In this document: piece by piece, positions 39,687 to 47,787 of the stretch
How the letters are laid out: each line of letters opens with the position of its first letter
How positions within the stretch are numbered: position 1 is the stretch's first letter
DNA from: an uncultured Chitinophagales bacterium
Lineage (GTDB): Bacteria > Bacteroidota > Bacteroidia > Chitinophagales > BACL12
NCBI GenBank assembly: GCA_964638865.1
Contig: CAZXBG010000001.1
Span: 18,223 to 82,222 of the forward strand
Reading direction: 5' to 3'
Length of the DNA: 64,000 nucleotides
The notes under the pieces: generated by a model
What the model was told of the DNA's origin: nothing
The model's input: only the letters and a program-made list of their open reading frames with translations
Database searches by the model: none
Made by a program: the position numbers and the translations under genes

Positions 39687-40982
39687 ATGAAACTTCTCCC
39701 GAAGTCATTACCACTTTCCATTTTATTACTGATTGCCTTTACCCTCATTGAAACCCTCTGTTCCACCTATTTATTAGAGAATAAAGTTAGGGTTGACCTT
39801 GTGGCAATAACCTATTTTATTGCAGGAATGGGAATAGCTATATTCCCATTTTTTCTTGTGAAAAAGGATATTAATCTTTCCTCAGAAAATAAACTACCGA
39901 TCCGTATTAATAAGATATTGTTGTATTCCTTTTTCGGATTTATGGTTGTGTATTTTATTTTTTTTATGACGGGTATCATACAATCCATGACCTTAGATCA
40001 CAAGATATCGGACACCTTGCCACAAATAAGAGTAATGTGTCAACGATTATTATCCGGCGAAAAAATTTATGCTCCGATTCCTGAAATTTGGGACGGTAAA
40101 CAACCCCCATATATGCCCTTGATGTGGCTGCCATTTACTGCTGCTGAATATTTAGGTATTGATGTTCGATGGACCACAACTATATTTTTATTGGGTGGAT
40201 TATTTCTTACTTTTAAAATATTACCTTCTAATTATTCCGGAAACACTCTGATATTAATATGCACTTTTATTTCTCTATTTTTCCTGTGCAATTATTTATT
40301 GGTGAAGGACAGACTTACTTTAGGTAATACAGAGGAAGGTATTGTGATAGGATATTACTTATTGCTGGGATTTGCATTGGTAAAAAAGAAACCAATTTTA
40401 ATTGGTATTGCCATTGCATGTTGTTTGATGAGCAGGTTTGCATTGTTCTTCTGGGTTCCGATGTATCTGGTATATGTGTTTTTTTATGAGTCGAAAAAGA
40501 ATGCCTATATCATAACTTCTGTAATTGGTGTTATACTATTATCTGTTTTTTTTATTCCCTTTGGATTTAAACAACCTGAATATTTTATCAATATACCTGC
40601 CGATTATAAAGTTGGAGTTGATCAGGCCTGGAATTATAATTACAATGAAGTGAGCGGTAAATATTATGAAAATAGTTTGGGATATACCAAATATTTTGAT
40701 ATTACCCAAATCCATTTTTTGCATAATTTTCAAATTATAGTCGCAGCAATATTACCTTTTTTGTGTTTATTGTTCTATAAATTATTTCGAAAAAAACTCG
40801 CAATAAATCAACGGTTTTTTGGTTTATGCAGTTTAAAATTAACGCTCGTATTCTTTTATAATATGGTTGAAGTCCCTTATTACTATTTATTTTTTGTTTC
40901 TACCTTTTTCAGTTATTCCATACTGTTTGCCTATCTTAAATATACTTCTAAAACAAATGGCTCAATAACAATTTCCAAATAA
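39687..40982 (+). CDS. Multi-pass membrane protein, possible GT-C (DUF2029/GT87-like) glycosyltransferase
   Basis: 431 aa, ~10 hydrophobic segments. The loop ..LLSGEKIYAPIP.....PPYMPLMWLPF resembles DUF2029-type proteins. This is a weak, memory-based call. Confidence 0.35.
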   Translation: MKLLPKSLPLSILLLIAFTLIETLCSTYLLENKVRVDLVAITYFIAGMGIAIFPFFLVKKDINLSSENKLPIRINKILLYSFFGFMVVYFIFFMTGIIQSMTLDHKISDTLPQIRVMCQRLLSGEKIYAPIPEIWDGKQPPYMPLMWLPFTAAEYLGIDVRWTTTIFLLGGLFLTFKILPSNYSGNTLILICTFISLFFLCNYLLVKDRLTLGNTEEGIVIGYYLLLGFALVKKKPILIGIAIACCLMSRFALFFWVPMYLVYVFFYESKKNAYIITSVIGVILLSVFFIPFGFKQPEYFINIPADYKVGVDQAWNYNYNEVSGKYYENSLGYTKYFDITQIHFLHNFQIIVAAILPFLCLLFYKLFRKKLAINQRFFGLCSLKLTLVFFYNMVEVPYYYLFFVSTFFSYSILFAYLKYTSKTNGSITISK

Positions 40983-41032
40983 ATCTTTGTATTCTAAATA
41001 AGATGCTTTGAATTTTATCATCCTTAGCTTTT

Positions 41033-41070
41033 AAAATAAAAAGGATGGTTACCTTTTCAGATAACCATCC
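41033..41070 (-). terminator. Rho-independent terminator of the 41090..42535 gene
   Basis: Minus-sense GGATGGTTA-10-nt loop-TAACCATCC followed by TTTTTATTTT. Confidence 0.7.
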
Positions 41071-41089
41071 AATATCCTAAACTTAAATA

Positions 41090-42535
41090 TTATTTAGTCA
41101 CACTGAACTGTTCAGCAAATTGACCTGTTTCAGTAGTTATTTTTGCAATATACATACCTGCAGATAGATTTGAAACCTGCACATTATGGCTAAGTATACC
41201 ATCCACAATAACAACAGATTCAGTAGTAATTTTTTGTCCGTTTATATTACTGATCTCCAGGATTCCTGTTATTGAAATATTATCCTCCATAATAAAGGAT
41301 ATTGTTAAATTATCCTGAACCGGATTTGGATAAATAGTAAATTTTGTTGATTCATTCACCAAACTACCTTCTTTGCATGATGCAATTACAGTTAGTGTAT
41401 CAGTTGTTCTGGCACAACCATAAAAAGTGGTGATTTCGCAATAATAATCTCCGGCTTCGGTTGCTAATATTTTATAATAATTTTCATATAACATTGCAAC
41501 ACCATCTTTATACCATTGCCAAGTATAATCTCCGGCAAAACTTACTTTTAATTTAATGGAATCATCATAACACAAATCAAGTCCTTCAGGGCTGTAAATA
41601 TTTGCAAATGGATTGTCAAAATATGCAACTGCCTGCACTTCAGAAGTGTCTGTGCAAGTTCCGTCTGCTACAATTACCTGATAATAACCTGGCTTTTCTG
41701 TAGTTACAGAGTATGCTGTCATACCTGGCATAATAAAACCATTTTTTAACCACTGGTAACTTGCATATCCTTCAGGACCATACAGGGTAACAAATTCATG
41801 TTTACAAACATAAATATCACCAGTCGGAACTATCGTAGCGGTTACTTCACTTGCAATACCATCGCAATCTTCATCAATATCATTGCAAATTTCAATTGCA
41901 TCAGGATGAATATCCGGATTTGTATCATCACAATCAATATATGCAGCATAACCGTCTCCATCTTCATCAATAATATCTAATGTGCCATTTACAATAATAT
42001 TAGTAACGGTCAATCTCCCGGAAGCCTCTAAAGCACCATATCCTGAAATGCGTATATATATTTGGTGGTCAGTAGAAAAATCAGGCATATCCCAAGTACC
42101 TGTTATAGTTGCTACTCCGCAATCTGCAATTACGGGAGTAATATCATAACCGGCATCAATCCATGTTAATGCCGAATCAATACTATAAGAGAAACGCACA
42201 TAGATTGGGCCTAAATTACTGATCCTCATATCTGCACTAACACTGGTTATTTCCACTGAGGCAAAAGGATCAGGAACTAACTCAACTACTATACATGGCA
42301 TTGATGTATCGAAAATAGCAGCAGTACTAAAATTATGTGTATTAAAACCAATTGGACAAGCATCACCGGCTCCTAAAGCTCCTCCACCTCTGCCAACTCT
42401 GTGGCTTGAAACGTTGGGATTAAGATAATAATAATCACCTTCTGTCTGGTCAGTATAAACATAAATTTGTGCTGTTAAAGTTTGCTGGCTAAAAATAAAA
42501 ATTAGCGTCATAAGGCAAAGTAATAGTTTTTTCAT
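41090..42535 (-). CDS. T9SS cargo protein with a MopE-type metal-binding motif and two Ig-like modules
   Basis: It has a signal peptide. The metal-binding motif is DEDGDGYAAYIDCDDTNPDIHPDAIEICNDIDEDCDG. The Ig-like modules carry YQWLKNG / WQWYKDG. The CTD is FTIYPNPVQDNLTI...LSAGMYIAKI. Confidence 0.75.
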   Translation of the reverse strand: MKKLLLCLMTLIFIFSQQTLTAQIYVYTDQTEGDYYYLNPNVSSHRVGRGGGALGAGDACPIGFNTHNFSTAAIFDTSMPCIVVELVPDPFASVEITSVSADMRISNLGPIYVRFSYSIDSALTWIDAGYDITPVIADCGVATITGTWDMPDFSTDHQIYIRISGYGALEASGRLTVTNIIVNGTLDIIDEDGDGYAAYIDCDDTNPDIHPDAIEICNDIDEDCDGIASEVTATIVPTGDIYVCKHEFVTLYGPEGYASYQWLKNGFIMPGMTAYSVTTEKPGYYQVIVADGTCTDTSEVQAVAYFDNPFANIYSPEGLDLCYDDSIKLKVSFAGDYTWQWYKDGVAMLYENYYKILATEAGDYYCEITTFYGCARTTDTLTVIASCKEGSLVNESTKFTIYPNPVQDNLTISFIMEDNISITGILEISNINGQKITTESVVIVDGILSHNVQVSNLSAGMYIAKITTETGQFAEQFSVTK

Positions 42536-42650
42536 AATTTTTTTTTTTAATGATTGAAAAATAAAGTTTTAAAATTTTTGTATAAATAAATAGCTTTTAG
42601 GGATAATACATTTTTAATATTGTTGAAGCTATGCCATGTTATGTTATGAT

Positions 42651-43775
42651 TTAATGCATAACCTGAATAACATAACTTTGCATTTCTGTTTCGTTTAGCA
42701 GTGAAATATAATAAGTGCCATTTAATAACTTTTGAACATCCAAGTCAATTTTATCCGCTGAAGCATTTTCAATACCTGTTTGGAGATACACAGTTTTACT
42801 GTAACAATCCGTTACGCGAATAGTATTAAATTCGAATGCATTACCAGCGAAATCGATAGTAGCAGTAGTATTTGCAGGATTGGGATATATATTTACTCCG
42901 AACGATTTACCGTCATTTTGCAAGAAAATAATTTCTGAATAAGACACCTGACCATCAATATCTACTTGTTTTAATCGATAATATGCATTTGCATTAAAAC
43001 TTGCATCAGAAAAATGATAGGTATTAGAAGCCTCAGCAGACCCCACTGCTTTTACAAGCCCAATAGAATCAAAATTCAAACCGCCATTACTGCTTTTTTC
43101 AATTTGAAAATAATTACTGTTGGTTTCTGACAGCGTTTCCCAGGTTAAATCAGAAACTGTTAAGGTTTGTTGTAATCCTGAAAAATAATTCAGTGAAATT
43201 GGCAATACCACAATATCAGAAATATTTACGTTGTCTAACCAAACTGTTTCTGTGTTTAAAGTGGAATAATCTCCTCTTATTTTAATCACACTAATATTCG
43301 TTATACAAGAAATAAACTCAGCAGAGGTAACTATTGCACCTGCAAGCGTCGTATGTTTCCATCCTGACTCCGAAAAAGGAACGGAATAGGAGGTCCACGC
43401 AGTTCCCGGATTTAAAGGAGTACTATACACAATTTTAGTTCCGTCCGTTTTAAATATAATAACATCGGCTTCATTTGTTTGACTAGCGGAAGTATTTTGT
43501 TTGAGGTTGAAATTGAGAAAAGAGCCATAAAATTCGGAAAGGTCTGTATTAAAAATTGCTGAGCTATTATAATACCAAGAACCACTTCCCATATCACTAC
43601 CTGTATAACAACCGGCAGGATTCCCATTTATGGCTACCCATGTTGCAGTAGGAGTTGCACCAACTCCTTCGCCTAAAGCTGCCCAACCTTCAGGGTCAGT
43701 AACAAAAGTATTGGTAGGTTGCGAAACCATATTGAAGCTGATAAAACTGAGAATTATTAAGTATAAATATTTCAT
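42651..43775 (-). CDS. T9SS cargo protein, 374 aa
   Basis: It has a signal peptide. An internal ..W.T..E.N...F.IEKSSNGG.NF......YYRLKQVDIDGQ..YS module is present. The CTD is VNIYPNPANTTATIDF...LNGTYYISL. Confidence 0.7.
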   Translation of the reverse strand: MKYLYLIILSFISFNMVSQPTNTFVTDPEGWAALGEGVGATPTATWVAINGNPAGCYTGSDMGSGSWYYNSSAIFNTDLSEFYGSFLNFNLKQNTSASQTNEADVIIFKTDGTKIVYSTPLNPGTAWTSYSVPFSESGWKHTTLAGAIVTSAEFISCITNISVIKIRGDYSTLNTETVWLDNVNISDIVVLPISLNYFSGLQQTLTVSDLTWETLSETNSNYFQIEKSSNGGLNFDSIGLVKAVGSAEASNTYHFSDASFNANAYYRLKQVDIDGQVSYSEIIFLQNDGKSFGVNIYPNPANTTATIDFAGNAFEFNTIRVTDCYSKTVYLQTGIENASADKIDLDVQKLLNGTYYISLLNETEMQSYVIQVMH

Positions 43776-43951
43776 TGCGTATGTTTATTAAAAGTATTCG
43801 GATAGATGGAGACAAATTGTATGCTTACTTTACATTTTCTGATTAAACCCTTTGGTACTAAGGGATCACCGGACGAGCTGAAAGAAATAACTACATTTAA
43901 ATCAGGGTATTTTCCATCCATACCTCTACATACAAGCAAGATTTTCCCCAT
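43772..43951 (-). CDS. Possible unannotated 59-aa ORF, translationally coupled (ATGA) to the downstream T9SS cargo gene
   Basis: My hand translation gives MGKILLVCRGMDGKYPDLNVVISFSSSGDPLVPKGLIRKCKVSIQFVSIYPNTFNKHTQ*. Its TGA overlaps the ATG at 43773-43775. I recognise no family, and it is 1 aa below the track cutoff. Confidence 0.2.
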   Translation of the reverse strand: MGKILLVCRGMDGKYPDLNVVISFSSSGDPLVPKGLIRKCKVSIQFVSIYPNTFNKHTQ

Positions 43952-44061
43952 AATTGCCTGGAACGGAATTATTTTAGATTAAAACTGTAGTGCAGTAAAT
44001 TGTGTCAATCATCTTTTCAAAATGAAAACACTTAACTTGAAATTTTGAATATGTAGTCGGC

Positions 44062-44095
44062 AAAAAAAATTCCCGTATCGAAAGTGACACAGGAA
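44062..44095 (-). terminator. Rho-independent terminator of the fad operon
   Basis: Minus-sense UUCCUGUGUC-ACUUUC-GAUACGGGAA (10 bp including G.U pairs) followed by U8; ~70 nt after the acyl-CoA dehydrogenase stop. Confidence 0.65.
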
Positions 44096-44166
44096 CTATT
44101 GGAAAGTGGATATTATTACTCAATTTAAAGGAGAAGGAGGTCAAATTTCGTCTTCACCCGCTGATA

Positions 44167-45960
44167 TCAGAAACTATAACCATTCATGGCGATCATGGAA
44201 TCTGCAATTCTGCGTCGCGCCGCAGTGGTGTTCGAAATTTCATACTTTGAAAATCGTTTTAATCCCAAAAGCATCATTTTTTGTTCATCACCCTCCGCAA
44301 ATGCAGCAATGGCAGTTTTTCCGGCTTTGTTCAATCGATCAACCGAGTCGGTGAAATATACTTTTACAATATCGCGATAGACGGCTGTTTCAGTTTCCCC
44401 TCGCATTGCTGTTAGTTTTTGTACACGCAATAAAAGTGATTCGGAAACGTAAATTTCATTCATCATATCTGCAGCACACATTAATATTTCCTGTTCTTCC
44501 TTTAATTTCATCATCAGCTTCTGCACTGCAGCACCGGCAACCAAGAAAAAGGCTTTTTTCATATTCTTTAATGTTTTTTCCTCTGCGGAAAATAAACTTT
44601 CCACACCATCCCCAAAATCAGGAATAGCCATTAATTCTTTTTGTACAGCCATGGCCGGGCCCATCATGTCCAATTGTCCTTTCATTACTCTTTTTAAAAG
44701 CATGTCAACCGTTAATAATCGGTTGATCTCATTAGTGCCTTCAAAAATTCTATTAATTCTTGCATCACGATAGCTTCTTGCTGCAGGATATTCTTCACTG
44801 TATCCATTCCCACCAAAAATTTGAACACATTCATCAACTACATAATCTAATACTTCACTTCCAATCACTTTCAACATGGCACATTCAATAGCATATTCTT
44901 CTGCGGCACCTAACAATGCTTTTTCGAAAACTACTCCTTGTTCCATTAATTCCTTTTCTTTTTTATCAATGTAATCGCTAGTGCGATATGTAGCGCTCAA
45001 AGCAGCAAAAACACGAATTGCCTGCTCCGACAATTTATATTTAATTGCACCAAATGAAGAAATAGGAACATTAAATTGAATCCTTTCATTTGCGTATTTT
45101 ACAGAAATATCTACTAATTCTTTTGCACCACCTAGCACGCCTACGCATAATTTATATCTTCCAATGTTGAGTATATTAAATGCAATTAAATGTCCTTTTC
45201 CAATTTCGCCTAAAACATTTTCTATAGGAATATGCATGTTTTCATAAAATATTTGGCAAGTGGAAGACCCTTTAATTCCCATCTTTTTTTCTTCTGCGCC
45301 TATAGTAAATCCCGGAGTATTTTTTTCTACAATAAAAGCCGTAAACTTATCACCATCTACCTTTGCGAAAACTGTAAATATATCTGCAAAACCTGCATTT
45401 GTAATCCACATTTTTTGACCGTTAAGAATATAATGTTTCCCATCAGCACTTAATTCAGCTTTTGATTTTGCTGCAAGCGCATCACTTCCGCTACCGGGTT
45501 CTGTTAAACAATAACTTGCGTGTAATTTTCCGGAAGCAAGACCCGGTAAATATTTTTGTTTTTGTTCCTCCGTTCCGAAATATAAAATAGGTAATGTTCC
45601 AATACCCGATTGAGCGCCATATGCAACAGAAAATGCATGAGCAGTTCCCGTCATTTCTGTTACTACAGAAATTGTATTAAAATCCTTATTAAATCCACCG
45701 TATTGTTCCGGTATTGGCAATCCGAGAATACCAATCTCTCCTGCTTTAGTTAAAAGCGATGCCATTAATCCCTCTTCATGCGCATCTATGCGGTCGAGAT
45801 TTGGCAATACTTCTGTATCTACAAAATCTTTTGTCATTTGTTTGATCATCAGTTGCTCTTCATTTAATTCCTCCGGAATAAATATGTCCTGCGGAGTGGC
45901 ATCCTTAATTAAGAATTCACCTCCATTGATAATAATTGTTTTTTGCATTATTTCTGCCAT
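44167..45960 (-). CDS. Long-form acyl-CoA dehydrogenase
   Basis: 597 aa. ..LTEPGSGSDA..., ..GQKMWITNAG.. and ..QIFGGNGY..EYP..R.YRDARI..I.EGTNEI are ACAD N, M and C domain signatures. Confidence 0.92.
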   Translation of the reverse strand: MAEIMQKTIIINGGEFLIKDATPQDIFIPEELNEEQLMIKQMTKDFVDTEVLPNLDRIDAHEEGLMASLLTKAGEIGILGLPIPEQYGGFNKDFNTISVVTEMTGTAHAFSVAYGAQSGIGTLPILYFGTEEQKQKYLPGLASGKLHASYCLTEPGSGSDALAAKSKAELSADGKHYILNGQKMWITNAGFADIFTVFAKVDGDKFTAFIVEKNTPGFTIGAEEKKMGIKGSSTCQIFYENMHIPIENVLGEIGKGHLIAFNILNIGRYKLCVGVLGGAKELVDISVKYANERIQFNVPISSFGAIKYKLSEQAIRVFAALSATYRTSDYIDKKEKELMEQGVVFEKALLGAAEEYAIECAMLKVIGSEVLDYVVDECVQIFGGNGYSEEYPAARSYRDARINRIFEGTNEINRLLTVDMLLKRVMKGQLDMMGPAMAVQKELMAIPDFGDGVESLFSAEEKTLKNMKKAFFLVAGAAVQKLMMKLKEEQEILMCAADMMNEIYVSESLLLRVQKLTAMRGETETAVYRDIVKVYFTDSVDRLNKAGKTAIAAFAEGDEQKMMLLGLKRFSKYEISNTTAARRRIADSMIAMNGYSF

Positions 45961-46004
45961 GATAATATTATTTAAATAGTTTACTAATAAATTTTTTGTT
46001 GTTA

Positions 46005-47183
46005 TTAATTGAGTCGTTCATAAATTCCTGCTATTCCTTGACCACCTCCAACACATGCCGTAACCATTCCATATTTTTTATTTAAACGTTTCAGATCATT
46101 TAATATTTGGACAGTTAATTTTGTTCCAGTACAGCCAAGCGGATGACCCAGAGCAACAGCTCCGCCATTTATATTTACAATTTCAGGATTTAAATGCGCT
46201 TCTCTTATTACCGCCAATGCCTGTGCTGCAAATGCTTCATTTAATTCGATCAGATCAATATCTTCCAATTTCAAATTCGCCATTTTTAAGGCTTTCGGAA
46301 TTGCAGCAACGGGACCAATACCCATAATTCGTGGCTCAACACCAACAGTAGCGCAACTAACCATTCGTGCAATTGGTTGCAGATTTAATTCCTTCACCAT
46401 TTTTTCACTCATCACTATCACAAAACTTGCTCCATCGGAAGTTTGGGAAGAATTACCCGCAGTAACCACACCATTTGCAGCAAAAACCGGTTTTAATTTA
46501 GCTAAGGCTTCCAAATTAGTATCTCTTCGCGGGCCTTCATCGGTATCAACACTATATTTTTTTTCAGCCCTCTTATTTTTTTCATTTACAAATATTTCTG
46601 TTACCTCAATTGGTGCAATTCCATCTGCAAATAATTTATTGTCAATCGCATTAATTGCTTTTTTATGCGAGTTAAAGGAATAAACATCGGCATCCGCTCT
46701 CGAAATATTAAAATCGTGGGCAACATTTTCTGCTGTTAATCCCATACCAATATAATAATCGGGATGTGTTTTTGCCGTTTCATAATTTAATGCAACCTTC
46801 CATCCTGCAGTTGGAACCAGCGACATGGATTCTACTCCACCGGCAATTATACAATCAGCCATGCCGGCTTTTATTTTTGCAACAGCAATAGATATTGTTT
46901 CTACACCACTTGCACAATATCTGTTCACAGTCATACCTCCTGTTGTTATTGGCAATGCTCTTACAGCTATCATTCTACCTATCTGCAAACCTTGCTCCGC
47001 TTCCGGAACTGCATTTCCTACAATTAGATCATCAACACGCAAAGGATCCAATTGCGGCACCTTCAATAATAGTTGACGAATTAATTCCACGGCCAAGTCA
47101 TCAGGTCGTGTAAATCTGAATAAGCCTCTTGGTGCTTTTCCAACTGCGGTCCGGAGACCGGCTATGATATATGCTTCCATCAA
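46005..47183 (-). CDS. fadA: Acetyl-CoA C-acyltransferase (3-ketoacyl-CoA thiolase)
   Basis: 392 aa. ..VNRYCASG.. carries the active Cys. ..NEAFAAQ.. and ..NINGGAVALGHPLGCTGTK.. are also present. Confidence 0.93.
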   Translation of the reverse strand: MMEAYIIAGLRTAVGKAPRGLFRFTRPDDLAVELIRQLLLKVPQLDPLRVDDLIVGNAVPEAEQGLQIGRMIAVRALPITTGGMTVNRYCASGVETISIAVAKIKAGMADCIIAGGVESMSLVPTAGWKVALNYETAKTHPDYYIGMGLTAENVAHDFNISRADADVYSFNSHKKAINAIDNKLFADGIAPIEVTEIFVNEKNKRAEKKYSVDTDEGPRRDTNLEALAKLKPVFAANGVVTAGNSSQTSDGASFVIVMSEKMVKELNLQPIARMVSCATVGVEPRIMGIGPVAAIPKALKMANLKLEDIDLIELNEAFAAQALAVIREAHLNPEIVNINGGAVALGHPLGCTGTKLTVQILNDLKRLNKKYGMVTACVGGGQGIAGIYERLN

Positions 47184-47215
47184 TGCTTTTAGTTTGTATT
47201 AATTAATAAAAAAAT

Positions 47216-47238
47216 GTATCGGGATATGCGTATCGGGA
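47216..47238. repeat. GTATCGGGA direct repeat x2 (47216-47224, 47230-47238), followed by CAAGGGA; the C-rich partner of the heptamer array in mRNA sense
   Basis: Read directly. The minus-sense read is UCCCUUGUCCCGAUACGCAUAUCCCGAUAC. The GUCCCG core is complementary to the CGGGAC core of the 47729-47784 array. Confidence 0.45.
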
Positions 47239-47344
47239 CAAGGGATTGATTATCGTAAGGTGTTAAATTAATTTCCTGTTTTATATTTTTCATTATTTAA
47301 ACTTTAAGAATTATTCTATTTATTTACACTAATTTTTCCTTAAA

Positions 47345-47674
47345 TCAATATATTTTTTTCTGTAAAATATCCATTTTTTTCAAAACAGGCGAAATTTTTT
47401 CTGTTGATAAAAATTCGAATTCCCTGACTAAAATCAATTGCGTTTCCAGTTCATAGGAAGAACCTGTAGCTATAGCAAGAAAATAATTAAAATCTTTTGT
47501 TGTGTATCTTCCACTTCCCTCTGCAATATTTGAGGGGATAGAAATTGCACATCTTTTAATCTGCGATGTCAGCCCATAAATTTCGTCCTTAGGAAATTCT
47601 ATTGTCATTTGATAAATAATTTTTGCTAAATCAACTCCTTCCTTCCAAATCTCCAGTTCTTTGTAATTATGCAT
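47345..47674 (-). CDS. Four-helix-bundle protein (23S rRNA intervening-sequence protein family, TIGR02436/PF05635-like)
   Basis: 109 aa, ..ELEIWKEGVDLAKIIYQMT..FPKDEIYGLTSQIKRCAISIPSNIAEGSGRYTTKDF..FL.IA.GS.YELETQL is the family hallmark. It lies between the fadB-like gene and fadA. Confidence 0.85.
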   Translation of the reverse strand: MHNYKELEIWKEGVDLAKIIYQMTIEFPKDEIYGLTSQIKRCAISIPSNIAEGSGRYTTKDFNYFLAIATGSSYELETQLILVREFEFLSTEKISPVLKKMDILQKKIY

Positions 47675-47728
47675 GTTTTTTTGTTTTTAAGGTTAAACAA
47701 TTATTTTAATTTTACTTCCCAATAATTT

Positions 47729-47784
47729 GTCCCGTGTCCCGTGTCCCGTGTCCCGTGTCCCGTGTCCCGTGTCCCGTGTCCCGC
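47729..47784. repeat. Tandem heptamer array: (GTCCCGT) x7 perfect plus GTCCCGC
   Basis: Counted base by base. There are 7 exact units from 47729 to 47777 and an 8th variant unit at 47778-47784. The array ends 3 nt from the stop codon (47788-47790) of the fadB-like gene. In minus (mRNA) sense it reads (ACGGGAC)n, giving eight GGG tracts spaced by 4 nt. Confidence 0.97.
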
Positions 47785-47787
47785 GTC

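Noticed and set aside
47691-47703. The exact 13-mer GGTTAAACAATTA is shared with 59688-59700. In both cases it lies 16-17 nt upstream of a minus-strand start codon, suggesting a possible shared regulatory box.
   Set aside because: AT-rich 13-mers are expected to recur many times by chance in 64 kb on two strands. The motif matches the TAnnTTTG promoter consensus only partially. Two occurrences are insufficient.
47729-47784. The tandem repeat array could be a CRISPR array or a coding microsatellite.
   Set aside because: The unit is only 7 nt with no spacers, and there are no cas genes in the window. It lies wholly in the intercistronic gap between a stop codon at 47788-47790 and the next ATG at 47674.
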